The notes beneath the pieces are model-generated. The model did no database searches, was not told the origin of the DNA, and was given only the letters and a program-made list of their open reading frames with translations. From positions 1 through 64,000 of the forward strand of contig NW_024705185.1 of assembly GCF_018977255.1 (NCBI RefSeq): a DNA stretch of 64,000 bases. The letters run 5' to 3'. Of this stretch, positions 48,701-61,436 are shown piece after piece; positions within the stretch are counted from its first letter, which is position 1, and every line of letters begins with the position of its first letter. The position numbers and the translations under genes were made by a program. This DNA comes from Callorhinchus milii (taxonomy: Eukaryota).

Positions 48701-50269
48701 AGCAATTATAATCCATGCCTGTTGCTGTAAACTGCACGTGTCGTTTTTATAACAGCAAGAGATGAAAGATAATCTACAATCTTGCTTCAAAGCCATCCCA
48801 ATCGTATTAAAATGTTAACTTCAGGGCAAAGACAGCCCCAACTTTATATCAATAAAGAAGCACTAAGTGCATATTAATTGTAACCCTTTCAATCTGCAAA
48901 ATTTGTTTATTCACCTTAATTGCCCCGATGATAAATTTTAAGTAAAACATGTTGCAATGCATTGTTGTGGATAACTATATTCTAGAAGATGAATCCGGAC
49001 GTCAATTAATTATAATGGAATTCTATTAACCCCCCAAAAATTTGCTTTTAAATAAAGTGCGTCTTATTATACCATAGCATATGGTGGTAGGGTTCCGTTA
49101 CCAATGTTTTATGATACGATCGGAATTTGGATGATATGACGAGTTTGACGATATCATTTCCCCACATCTTTGTGATTGAGTTTTCACAGTTTTGTCCAAT
49201 CAGTTGCGTTTTTACTCTGCTTCCAGCACGAATAAAGATTATTTTAAAATATCTTCGAATGCAATGCACTTTACATACGTTTTCTGTGATACCTAGGCTG
49301 GGCGGATGCCGGAAGGCTAAGCATTCCTCACGCTAAACACACACACACGTGTAGCACATGGCAAACACCTGGAAACCTAGAACATCAGCCGCCGGCATCA
49401 GATTGGTCAAGGCTCCGTTTCTGGGGGGTGATCGGGCTTTTGCCAGTGCAGCTCCAAGATTATGGAATGCGTTGCCTCTGACAATAAGGCAATCAGAATC
49501 TTTAGAGCTATTTCAATCTTGCCCTGACAACTCACCTCTTTTAAATGGCATTTTCACCATAGTTTTGGTCGTTAACGCTGGCTCTGTATTATTTACCTGC
49601 TTTCCATACACGGCACAACGGGATCCTTGAATGAAATGCGCCGTAAAAGTGTAAATTATCATTATTATTACTTAGTTATGTACTCCGAGCCCACCAGAGC
49701 AAGCTGGATTGGCCCAGAGGGAAATCGGTCTCTCCTGCTTTGTCAGCCGAGAAACGCGACCAAACCTGTGAATCTATTTCCTCTCTGCTTCCGACACCGA
49801 CTCATCCGAGAGAAGTTCAAAAGTCAGGCTATATATATAGCTGAGGATTCCCCCAACACTGCAGGAATGGTCCAATAAATTGTTAAAAATGTCCACTAGA
49901 GCATCAAAGTTCAAAACTAAGGGGCAGGGAGGGATCTTATCACCAAATATTGAACCCCTTCACTACTTCTCCTCCAGTGGGCATTGATTCTCAAGAGCGT
50001 TCATGAGGGCATTTAGGCACTTTCCCGCCCCTCCTTTTTTACCTCCTACAGGGGTATGAGAGCTTAGGAAGACACCAGGGAGTTGTAATGTTTATTAAAG
50101 CAGTTTATTTAAACATGCGATTTAGGAAAGTTTCCATTGCACTGAAATCCGGAATGTGTCCGTGCTGGTGTCAATCCGCATTCACATCCTTCCTCTATGT
50201 TGTCTACCTGAATCGTCTTGTTAATACAATACTTTTGGGAAAAAAATATAGGCGGGGGCCTTTTTTAGC

Positions 50270-51150
50270 GTTTCTTAAAACGTCGCCATAGATTTAGTTC
50301 TGCAGAAAATGTGATGCGGGATGGTGTTCCAGATGGCAGGGGACTGTGACCCCGAATTAAGATAAAAACACCTGGCAGTGACGGTCCTTGTTCTTGATAT
50401 AGCAATTGGAGGTTGGGAGTAAATATGCTGATAGGTTCTACAGTGAGCTGTATTGGAGGGCGACAGTAGAGGGGGGGGGGGGCGACACAGGAGACAGCAC
50501 AAAAAGTAGAAGAAACAGTCGAAAAGTCAGAATTTCTTATCGCTGACTCTCATGGCAATGGAAAGCCAAGTGAAGTCAGCAGATCAAGGGGAGAGAATTT
50601 GGCCGACAATGATAGGTGTCATGGGTGACGTGAGCAACATTATTATTCCTGAGGTTCACTTTATAAGGATCGAACAACGTATGCAGTTGCAATAACAATC
50701 GAGGGAATATCGACTATGCTGCCAAGCAAGGGTATCAGTGATTTTAGTGATGATATGATAAACATAAATTATGGATGGACCCAGAGAAAAAGGTGGAGTC
50801 AAGAGTGACGCCAAAGACCTCGGTTGTTGTCAAATAAATTGGTAGTTGGAGCCGGGGATTAACATGCAATAAGAGAACATGGATGTGGCGAATTACGGTC
50901 TCATGCCTTATCAAGATGGCTTCAGATTTGGAAGATTCAAAGACGAATTATGGTCTAAAAACCACTGCTGCGAGGCGGCGGCAGTGCCACTCTTCTGGGA
51001 GTCCATCAAGTCCAGAGGCGTTCAGCAGAAAATTATCAATAGAAGTTTAGAGTTGGCTGGTGGTGTCGGCAGTAGAGGAATCACATTTTATAGCAAAGCT
51101 CTGAATGAGGTGGCCAACGTGAGTTGTACAAGCCACGACAAGCAGGGACT
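50270..51150 (-). mobile_element. Degenerate LINE (L2-like) fragment
   Basis: Decayed RT-like reading frames on the minus strand; weak by-eye similarity only. Confidence 0.35.
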
Positions 51151-51959
51151 CAAAGAGAGAAGAATAAAGTAACCCCTGAGGGACCATTTTATAAGAGGTA
51201 GGATATGATGCAATAGTTTTTTTGGGGTTAGATCGCCTAGATATAAACGTTGTGCCATTGAACCCACCACCACCTGACACAGCCAATTAATAAGGTTTGT
51301 CACCTAAACAAAACGTCCCAATTAGTTGCTAGTTTGTCACACTGGTGTGCTGGAGAGTAATCCCACAACATTTACAATTTGAGTACCTTGATGTTTTTCT
51401 GATTATTACAACCTCCCTGATGAGGTTGTGTCGGGTTTGGCGGGTTTAACGACAAATCTATATGTATGCGATCTACTCGAAAAAACATGTTATGGATAAT
51501 CCATTGTTATTATTCTAGCATATGGCAAATATCAGTAAATTACACATCAAGATTATGAGCCATGGGATAGGTTCTGGAGTAGAATGCAATTGTTTGAAAG
51601 ATGGTATATTGTTTGGACTTTGTTGGCCGCAATCACAGTGTAGGTCATCTTATATTTTCCACTTGTGTGGAAGAGGTGTACGCTGTGATCGGTTACTCTT
51701 CTAAGGCAGTCGATGGAGCAACCACAGTTTTCTTAGCAGATAAAAGCCATACTTTGTATTCTTCACTGGCTTCTTTCGTGGGCAGGACAAACTATGAAAT
51801 CGCCTGCCTTTGTCATCGTGCCTTCACCACCGGCTCCCCACCGAACCTCGCCTCACTACTCTCGCCTTGCACTGAAAGCTCACGGTAGAACCCTATGCAG
51901 CAGCGTCACTCAAAATCTGCTTCAGACACCAACGGTCTCGAAATGTTACAGCCTCATGT

Positions 51960-52292
51960 CACTATACACTTTACTACTATGCACTAATATACACTACACT
52001 ACTATACACTACACTACTATACACTACACTCTACACTACTATACACTACACACTACTATACACTACACACTACAATACACTACACTACTATGCACTACAC
52101 TATACACTACACTACTATACACTACACTATAGACTACACTACACTACTATACACTATACATGATGATACACTACACTATGCACAAAATCACTACACACTA
52201 CTATACACTACACTGCTATACACTACACTATACACTAATATACACTACACTATACACTAATATAGATTACATTATGCACTGAACTACTACAG
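51960..52292. repeat. Degenerate (CACTA/CTA)n microsatellite
   Basis: Directly visible low-complexity ACACT/ACTAT repeats. Confidence 0.95.
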
Positions 52293-52294
52293 AC

Positions 52295-53330
52295 TAATGT
52301 TTTCATGGAGAAATTTGAAACAGACGCCATCCAGACATCCACCATGCGTCCTTCCATGTGGAAGAGATATGTGGATGACACTTTCGTCATTTGGCCACAT
52401 GGCCTAGCAGCATTGAACCAATTTCTCGACTACATTAACTCCATACACCCATCCATCAAATTCACCATGGAAGTGGAGAAGGATGGCAAGCTACCATTCT
52501 TGGATGTTCTGTTTGAGAGGAGGCCTAATGGCTATTTGGGATGGTGGTGGGAATCAGGTTTCCTATCGGAAAACCTGATTCCCACCACCATCCAGCACAG
52601 AAGAATTCCCTCATAAAAACACGACACCATAGGGCCCACTGCATTTATGAACAACACCACCTGGCCAGTGAAATAGAACATGTACACCGGACCCTTAAGA
52701 TGAATGGATATTCGAACCGTACTATCCGCATGGAGAAACAACCCCCTGAGACTCCGATCAAAACCATCACGTTACCATACATAGCAGACGTTACAAAAAT
52801 ATTTCCTAAATCTTAAACAAACACAAGATCCAGGTCCGATTCAGTACAGTACACAAAATCCGTGATCTGATCCCATGCGTAAAGTATGCCACTTCTGACT
52901 TGCAGTACCCTGGAGTCTACAAACTGAGTTGCATTTGTGGTGATTTTTACATTGGGGAAACGAAACGACATATATCAGACCTCATTCGCGAGCACAAGAC
53001 AAATTTAAAACACGGCAGGATGAACTCTTCCGCCGTGGCTGCCCATTGCTACAACGCTGTGGGCTCCCATGATATTGTTTTCTCCGATACCAAAGTGCTC
53101 TGCAAGCCGTCTGGATACCACCAAATATTTCTACTCTTAGGTCTTTTCGGTAAAGTCACGTAGGTAAAAAATAAATAATAATAAAATAATAATACAAATT
53201 ATATAATAAATAATAGAAATAAAATAATAAATCACGTTGTTTCGGAGACAACACAAGCTTCCGTCTTCAGGTGGAACAGTCACAGCACAATTGCTGTATC
53301 AAGTAAAGAAAAATCCCAAGAGACCCGACC
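52295..53330 (+). mobile_element. Penelope-like fragment (RT C-terminus + GIY-YIG) with an inverted terminal repeat at 53131-53330
   Basis: ORFs WKRYVDDTFVIW and GVYKLSCICGDFYIGETKR. The inverted segment matches 27445-27590 and holds a degenerate hammerhead (53233-53273, GTC changed to AAC). Confidence 0.88.
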
Positions 53331-53616
53331 TTATACAGAGGGAAAAAAAAATTTGCCCACTGACAAAGAAATTATTAGTCTATAATTTTAATGGTAGGGT
53401 TATTTGAACAGTGAGAGACAGAATAACAATAACAAAATCCAGAAAAACGCATGTCAAAAATGTTATAAATTGATTGCATTTTAATGAGGAAATAAGTATA
53501 TGACCCCCTCTCAATCAGAAAGATTTCTGTCTCCCAGATGTCTTTTATACAGGTAACGAGCTGAGATTAGGAGCACGCTCTTAAAGGGAATGCTCCTAAT
53601 CTCAGCTTGTTACCTG

Positions 53617-56600
53617 TGTAGGGCTGTTACAGAGGGTCTGTTTGTGTAGGGCTGTTTGCATAGGGGCTAACGGAAAACAAACACAGTGGGCGGGGACTCC
53701 GTGAGCACACGGGGTGGTGCCCGCAACGACGTCCGTACTGGACGGCGTGAGGGGGGTTTCGATCCTCTAGGGGGTATAAAAAGGGTTGAGCCAGAGAGCT
53801 CGGGGCTCAGTCTTAGAGTAGTTAAGGAAGAGAGAAGACCGGCCAGATAGGCCCTGGACTCCCCCTGGGACGCCGCCCTTGTAAGGGCAGTGCAGGCTGG
53901 AGCCAGTGGCGTGGTCCCGGAACCAGAGTCAGACCTCTGGGATTCCGGGTACCGTAGCCCGACTAACCAGTGTCGGGCCAGACAGCCTCCCCTAGCCCGT
54001 TAGCGGAGGACTCGGCTAGGAAGGCTAGCTAGGGGTGAATTCCCAGTTGTACGGGTGAGGGGGCCGATACATCCCTCCAGTACTGTAAAGACATTGTGCA
54101 AATAAATACGTGTGCCTTACCCCGTTGTCCACGCGTCTTCAAGAACACTTCATCTGGCGTCAGAAGAACCAAGAACATGGACACGCGCCAAACAGCTCGA
54201 GCCAGGGAACAGCAGACGGAAGACGCCGCCGAAATTGTCGAGCCCGAGATGGCTCAACAAGACGACGTGCAGCCGGGGCCGGACGCGTGCTTACCGGAGC
54301 GTCGCCATGAAGAGGAGCAGCGGAGACAACCTGAGGCTGGCTCACGAGAGGCTGGCGGAACTGCTCTACGCCGCTGCCGCTACGCTGGAGAACATCACAC
54401 GGCTGGGGGCTGGTGGTCCACCGCGGGGCGAGGGGAACCGGCGTCTGGAGCGCCTTCCCGCCATTTCTGAAGATTTAAATTTTGAATTTCCCGCCATCGA
54501 CGCGGCGACCGCTAGGGGCGTGGCCAACCTCAACCTGGGGTCCGACATCGGCCGCGCTGGGGCTGCCGCATCAACGACGGAGGAGGGCGCGTCATCAAAG
54601 CTGCGACAGGCGATGCCATCTGCCATTCGCGCCGAGACGCAGCCGAGTCGGGGAGGCAGCAGCCCACGGGACTCCACGGCAACCGCTGCACTACATCAAA
54701 GGCTGCCCCCGCTTAAAGAATTCGTGGGCGCAGAGGGCGACTGGAGCGGCTTCCGAAGACGCTTCCTCGCCCACCAAGAAATGGCTAAATGGACAGACGA
54801 AGAAGCTCTCAGCGCCCTGCCGGCGCTCCTGGACGGCGACGCGCTTGCCGCCCTAACATCGGCACCAAAGGAAAGGCGCTCTACGTTACCGATGGCGCTG
54901 CAGCTGCTGGGAGGGGTCTACGGACCATCGGCGGAATGCAGACAGGAGTTCTACGACCGCAAGCGGGGAGAAAAGGAGTCGCCCCTAGCGTACCGAACGA
55001 GCCTCCTGGCGATGGCCAAGTCGGCCTTCCCCCGTATGGATGACGACGGCATCGACGCTATGGTGACGGAGAAATACTCCTCCTGGCTGACGATCTTGAC
55101 ATCGCTGTCGTCGCACAGGAGGACGCGGAAATGACATCGCTCCAGGCGGCGCGGCTCCTCCACGCAAACCTCCTGTCGCTCCGGCGAAAGCCAGCAGGGC
55201 ATCGGCGGGGCGTGCGGTGGCTGCAGCCACCCTTCCGACGGAGGAACTCTACGCCGTCGACCACCGACGGCAACAGGCGACGAGTGCACGGCCGGGCCAG
55301 GACGGGTCGGGCCGTTCCGACCATTCGTCACCTCCGACGTCGCTCCCGCGGTGTTTTAACTGCGGCGTCCGGGGCCACGTCGCCTCGGGGTGCCGCTCTC
55401 CTCGTCAGCGCGGGACGACACCTCACCGGGACGACGGGCCTCATCCCAAGCTCCACCATCAAAAACCGGCGAGTCGCGGCACCCCACACGTTTGGCCCAC
55501 ACACACACCCGTCACGCACTCAAACACCGCGACGAGAGGGGGGCCGGTATCACGCACCATCGCACCATCACGCACCACTCCGGGTACCCATATCGAACCC
55601 GGCCAGTGGTCCGTGCTGGCCGATCGTGTGGTTGCCGCATCGTCGGGGTCGTCGGCCGTTGTGGGTATATCGACGGGGTGAAGTGCGCATCCTGGTCGAT
55701 ACGGGGCATCGGCGACTATTATTTCGGAATTAATTTATAATATTCTCCCTGTCCGGAGTCGTCCCTTGATGCCAGTTAACATACCATTCTATGCGGCTAA
55801 CGGGGGCTCACTTGGCATCATCGGACAAATTCGTGCCCAAATTTGTATCGGGGAAATAAAATTGTCTGGGCCGATTTTTGTTTCTTCCTCGCTGGCGGTT
55901 CCGTGCCTGCTGGGGACGGACTTCCTGGCCAAAATGCCGATTGTAATTTTGATCGACCAGGGGTGCATAGAGCTTCCATCGGGCAGACGCATGGCGTTTC
56001 TGCCATCACCGGTTGCGACTCGGACGGCGTTCGCGACGGTGCCGGCGTTCGTGGAGAGAACGGTACGCGTTCCTCCGGGAACGCAAATGTTGGTACCCTT
56101 GAAACTTCGGCGGCCCCTCGTTAAGGGTGCTGGGGCACAAGGGGTACTGTTGGGACCGTCTAGGGCCGGGGTTAGTGGACCTGACTTACTACCGGCCCAG
56201 ACCATAGTGAGAGGGGATGGTGAACCCTTCATCGCGGTCCTAAATGTGGGCTCGCGGACGGTGGTGTCCCACAGGGGACCGTGCTTGCTCACGCAACGCC
56301 GGTGCCGTGTGAGGAACCCGCCGTAAATTCCGTCAACACTGTCCCTGCGTCGCGACCGCATTCGGACAGCGATGAAGGGTGGCTCGAGGCGCTTTGTGCG
56401 GGATCGACGGACCTGTCCGATTCAGAGCGTCAACAACTTAAAACACTACTGCGAGAATTTTCCGACGTTTTTAGTCGAAATAAATATGATTTGGGTTGCA
56501 CTCACTTGCTGCGTCACCATATTGACACGGGTGACAGCGCGCCAATTCGCCAAAATCCGTTTCGGTTGAGTCCCGCCGAAAAGGACCATGTCAAATCGGC

Positions 56601-59600
56601 TGTTGATGACATGTTGGCCGCGGACATCATTTCTCCTTCCACCAGCCCTTGGGGAGCGCCGATCGTCCTGGTTAAAAAGCAGGACGGTTCGTTGCGGTTT
56701 TGCGTTGACTTCCGGCGTCTTAATAAAATTTCGGTTGCCGACGCATACCCGCTCCCTCGGATGGATGAATCGCTTGACGCCTTGGCGGGAGCGCGATTCT
56801 TTTCCACACTCGATTTACTTTCGGGATTCTGGCAGCTTCCTCTGGATGATGAGTCAAAGCCTAAAACTGCTTTTCGTACACCGCACGGCTTGTTTCAATT
56901 CAACAGGTTGCCGATGGGCTTACACTCAGCGCCGGCAACTTTCCAGCGTTTAATGGAATTGGTTTTGGCTGGACTGCAATGGGAGTCGTGCCTCATTTAT
57001 TTGGATGACGTTATCGTCTTTGGTAAAACTTTTGATGAGCATCTCCAGAGGTTGCGGGCGGTTTTCCTAAAGATGCGGGCTGCTAATTTGAAATTCAAGC
57101 CCCAAAAATGCCATTTGTTGCGTGATTCGGTGCGTTATTTGGGGCACATCGTGGGACGCTCAGGTATTGCTACCGATCCCGCCAAAACGCAGTGTGTCAG
57201 CTCCTGGCCGACTCCCACCTCGGTGGGAGAGGTCAGGAGTTTCATTGGGTTCGCGTCGTATTATCGACGGTTTGTTGCTGATTTTGCAACAATTGCTAAA
57301 CCCCTGCACGCTTTAACATCTAAAGGGGTTCGGTTCCACTGGGGTCAAGAGGAGGAGGCTGCGTTCCGCTCCCTTCGGGACGCCCTGGTGAAAGCCCCTC
57401 CCTTGATCTACCCTGATTTTTCGAAGCCCTTTTTGCTCGACACCGATGCGAGCAACACGGGTATTGGGGGTGTGCTTTCCCAGGTGGTTGATGGCGTTGA
57501 ACGGGTGGTCGCGTACGGTAGTCGGGTGTTGTCTCCTGCGGAGCAGAGATATTGTGTCACCCGTAGAGAACTGTTGGCAATTGTTTTTTTCATCCAACAG
57601 TATCGCCCATATCTGTACGGTCGGCATTTCACCGTCCGCACAGATCATGCGGCACTACAGTATGCCCTGCGGGTTCAACAACCATCGGGACAGTTGTCTC
57701 GATGGTTGGAGGTTCTCCAGGATTTTGATTTTGAGACCACTTACCGTAAGGGCGTTCGCCATACCAACGCGGACGCTCTGTCACGCATGCCAACCACCTC
57801 GGAATGTGCATGCCTCCTGGGGTCGGGACGTTGCAGACCTTCAGGGGACGCATCGGTTCCGATCCTGGCAGCCACCGACGACGACGAGCCACTGCCTGAT
57901 AATTCGATCGAACAACAGGGAAGGGATTCCCTGTTGGGGTTGCCCGTCACTGAGTGGGGGCGCCTCCAAATGGAGGATACCTCCCTCCTCGGGTGGCGTC
58001 GTCGCGTCGGGGGTGCTGGCCGGGTGAAAGGTGATTCGGGTGCATGGGAAATGGTACAGGGTCTGCTCATGCATTGGGACGCAAAATCACAGCGACATCG
58101 GCTGGTCGTCCCTTCGGAGTTGCGAGGCAAAGTGGTGTGGGCCGCGCATGAGCGCCTGTTACATCTGGGGACTCTAAAGACCCTTGCACTGATACAACTA
58201 GATTTTTTTTGGCCTGGTATGACAAAGGATGTGGGGATCTTTTGAGTTCATGCCCGCGGTGTGCGCAACGGAAACCGCCGGCGCGGGAGTCTAACCCGCC
58301 TTTACAATCAATCAAGGTGTCCAGAATAAATGAGCTTGTCGCGCTGGACATCTTGGGCCCATTTCCCGCCACCCCCAGGGGCAATAGGTATTTGCTGACA
58401 GGAGTCGAGTATTTTACGCGCTGGCCCATGGCCTGGCCCCTTGCCAACCAGTCGGCAGCAGCCATCGTGGACGCCTTTGTTCAGGGATACGTCCTGGACA
58501 AAGGTGCTCCGGAACGGCTGCTGACCGACCAGGGTAAAAATTTTTCCAGCAAATTACTTAAACAAGTCTGTGACCTCTTAGGCACAAAGAAAATTCGGAC
58601 CTCCCCGTATCACCCACAGACTGACGGAATGGTCGAGCGCCTGCATCGCACCATTTCGTCAATGATGGCACAGCAGGTCTCAGATTCTCAGACTGATTGG
58701 GACCTGCATATTCAGGGGGTCTTGGCGGCATACCGGATGGCACCCCATGCAGCTACGGGTTTTCCCCCTTTTACCTTATGTACGGTCGCGAACCCGACCC
58801 GCCTGTTCGCGCCCAGCTGCAGATCCCCGACCCGCAAGGAAAAACTAAATTGGCTGACCACGTCAAATTTAATCTGGCTAAATTAACAGAGGCGCGGGAT
58901 GCTGCGAGGTTGAACTCGGACCTCCGTCAAAAGGCGAACGAGCGCCTCAGGTTGGGTCGGGCGCATGTCATACAGTGGAAACCGGGGGACAGGGCATGGT
59001 TGCACTGTCCCCAAGTACCCCTGGCTACCTCCCCTAAGCTGGCGCGGCCGTGGCGGGGCCCTGTGGAAGTGGTCGAGGTCTTGCGACCACAGTGCGTGCG
59101 CATTCGTTGGGGGAAGCGGCGATGGTTCGTGCACCCCTCTCGGTTGAAACCTTTCGTCGCGGTACACAAACCCACTTCACACATGCGTGGCCAGACGTGT
59201 GGGGGGTCGACCGACTCACTAGGTCCGTCTCCACCGCGCTCACCTAATGCCTTGCCGGCCGTGCCACCTCCAGGTGCATCGAGACTGACGGGCTCACGCC
59301 CGACCACCCCTTCTGGGGATACCAACAGTCACGAGGCATCAGAGGAGGCCTCGCTCCGGACGGACGATTACCACCTGACGGTCCGCCACCCGGGGTTTCC
59401 CCGTGTGAGGGGCCCGCCGCAAGGACACGCGCAAAAATGCGCAGACTGTTGTGAAACCGCAAGATGTGTATATATGTTGTGTTCATTGTGTGTTGTGTGG
59501 GGGGGTGTGTTCCCTGCCCATTGAATTCACATACGTTGTGCTCACCTGCTGTTGTGTGTATGGTGGCTTCGCTGCAAATTGTATATAGCTTGTTCTTACG

Positions 59601-60354
59601 GTATCCGTATTTATTCGGGGGGGTGCGTCGGATTGTTCCCTTTCGGGTTGAGGGTTTTGTTGTTGTCATTGTTGTTGTTGTTGTCGTTGTTGCTGTTGTT
59701 TCCTTCATGTTAGCGTTAAAAACGTTTTTTTAAGGCACACGCGGGGGTCCAGGGGTTAAATAACCTTTATTGAAAGTTGTTGCAGCCGGGACGGCTGCGA
59801 GCTGTACAGGGGGGGGTGATGTAGGGCTGTTACAGAGGGTCTGTTTGTGTAGGGCTGTTTGCATAGGGGCTAACGGAAAACAACACAGTGGGCGGGGACT
59901 CCGTGAGCACACGGGGTGGTGCCCGCAACGACGTCCGTACTGGACGGCGTGAGGGGGGTTTCGATCCTCTAGGGGTATAAAAAGGGTTGAGCCAGAGAGC
60001 TCGGGGCTCAGTCTTAGAGTAGTTAAGGGAAGAGAGAAGACCGGCCAGATAGGCCCTGGACTCCCCCTGGGACGCCGCCCTTGTAAGGGCAGTGCAGGCT
60101 GGAGCCAGTGGCGTGGTCCCGGAACCAGAGTCAGACCTCTGGGATTCCGGGTACCGTAGCCCGACTAACCAGTGTCGGGCCAGACAGCCTCCCCTAGCCC
60201 GTTAGCGGAGGACTCGGCTAGGAAGGCTAGCTAGGGGTGAATTCCCAGTTGTACGGGTGAGGGGGCCGATACATCCCTCCAGTACTGTAAAGACATTGTG
60301 CAAATAAATACGTGTGCCTTACCCCGTTGTCCACGCGTCTTCAAGAACACTTCA
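53617..60354 (+). mobile_element. Full-length Ty3/Gypsy LTR retrotransposon (copy B)
   Basis: LTRs 53617-54152 and 59820-60354 (TG...CA); TSD CCTG; PBS TGGCGTCAGAAG 54155-54166; PPT AGGGGGGGGTGA 59808-59819. Confidence 0.97.
54177..59524 (+). CDS. Gag-Pol polyprotein of Gypsy copy B (broken by frameshifts)
   Basis: Same domains as copy A across ORFs 54112-55134, 55217-55681, 55766-56326, 56281-58245, 58209-58886 and 58697-59524. Confidence 0.9.
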
Positions 60355-60415
60355 CCTGTATAAAAGACACCTGTTCACAGAAGCAATCAATCAATCAGAT
60401 TCCAAACTCTCCACC

Positions 60416-61436
60416 ATGGCCAAGACCAAAGAGCTCTCCAAGGATACCAGGGACAAGATTGTAAACCTACACAAGGCTGGAATGGGCTACAAGACCATCG
60501 CCAAGCAGCTTGGTGAGAAGGTGACAACAGTTGGTGTGATTATTCGCAAATGGAAGAAACACAAAAGAACTGTCAATCTCCCTCGGCCTGGGGCTCCATG
60601 CAAGATCTCATCTCGTGGAGTTGCAATGATCATCAGAACAGTGATGAATCAGCCCAGAATTACACGGGAGGATCTTGTCAATGATCTCAAGGCAGCTGGG
60701 ACCATAGTCACCAAGAAAACAGTTGGTAAACACACTACGCCGTGAAGGACTGAAATCCTGCAGCGCCCGCAAAGTCCCCCTGCTCAAGAAAGCACGTATA
60801 CATGCTCGTATGAAGTTTGCCAATGAACATCTGAATGATTCAGAGAACAACTGGGTGAAAGTGTTGTGGTCAGATGAGACCAAAATGGAGCTCTTGGCAT
60901 AAACTCAACTCGCCGTGTTTGGAGGAGGAGGAATGCTGTCTATGACCCCGAGAACACCATCCCACCGTCAAACATGGAGGTGCAGACATTATGCTTTGGG
61001 GGTGTTTTTCTGCTAAGGGGACAGGACAACTTCACCGCATCAAAGGGACGATGGACGGGGGCCATGTACCGTCAAATCTTGGGTGAGAACCTCCTTCCCA
61101 CAGCCAGGGCATTGAAAATGGGTCGTGGATGGGTATTCCAGCATGACAATGACCCAAAACACACGGCCAAGGCAACAAAGGAGTGGCTCAAGAAGAAGCA
61201 CATTAAGGTCCTGGATGGCCTAGCCAGTTTCCGACCTTAATCCCATAGAATATCTGTGGAGGGAGCTGAAGGTTCGAGTTGCCACACGTTAGCCTCGAAA
61301 CCTTAATGACTTGGAGAAGATCTGCAAAGAGGAGTGGGACAAAATCCCTCCTGAGATGTGTGCAAACCTGGTGGCCAACTACAAGAAACGTCTGACCTCT
61401 CTGATTGCCAACAAGGGTTTTGCCATCAAGTACTAA
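60416..61436 (+). pseudogene. Tc1 DD34E transposase, inactivated
   Basis: [35 protein letters not shown]..., WSDE, FQHDNDPKHT, NPIE. Several frameshifts and an in-frame TAG at 61290-61292. Confidence 0.92.

Noticed and set aside
59170-59810. env-like ORF in the Gypsy 3' region
   Set aside because: Short, low-complexity ((GTT)n), and not conserved as a separate ORF between copies.
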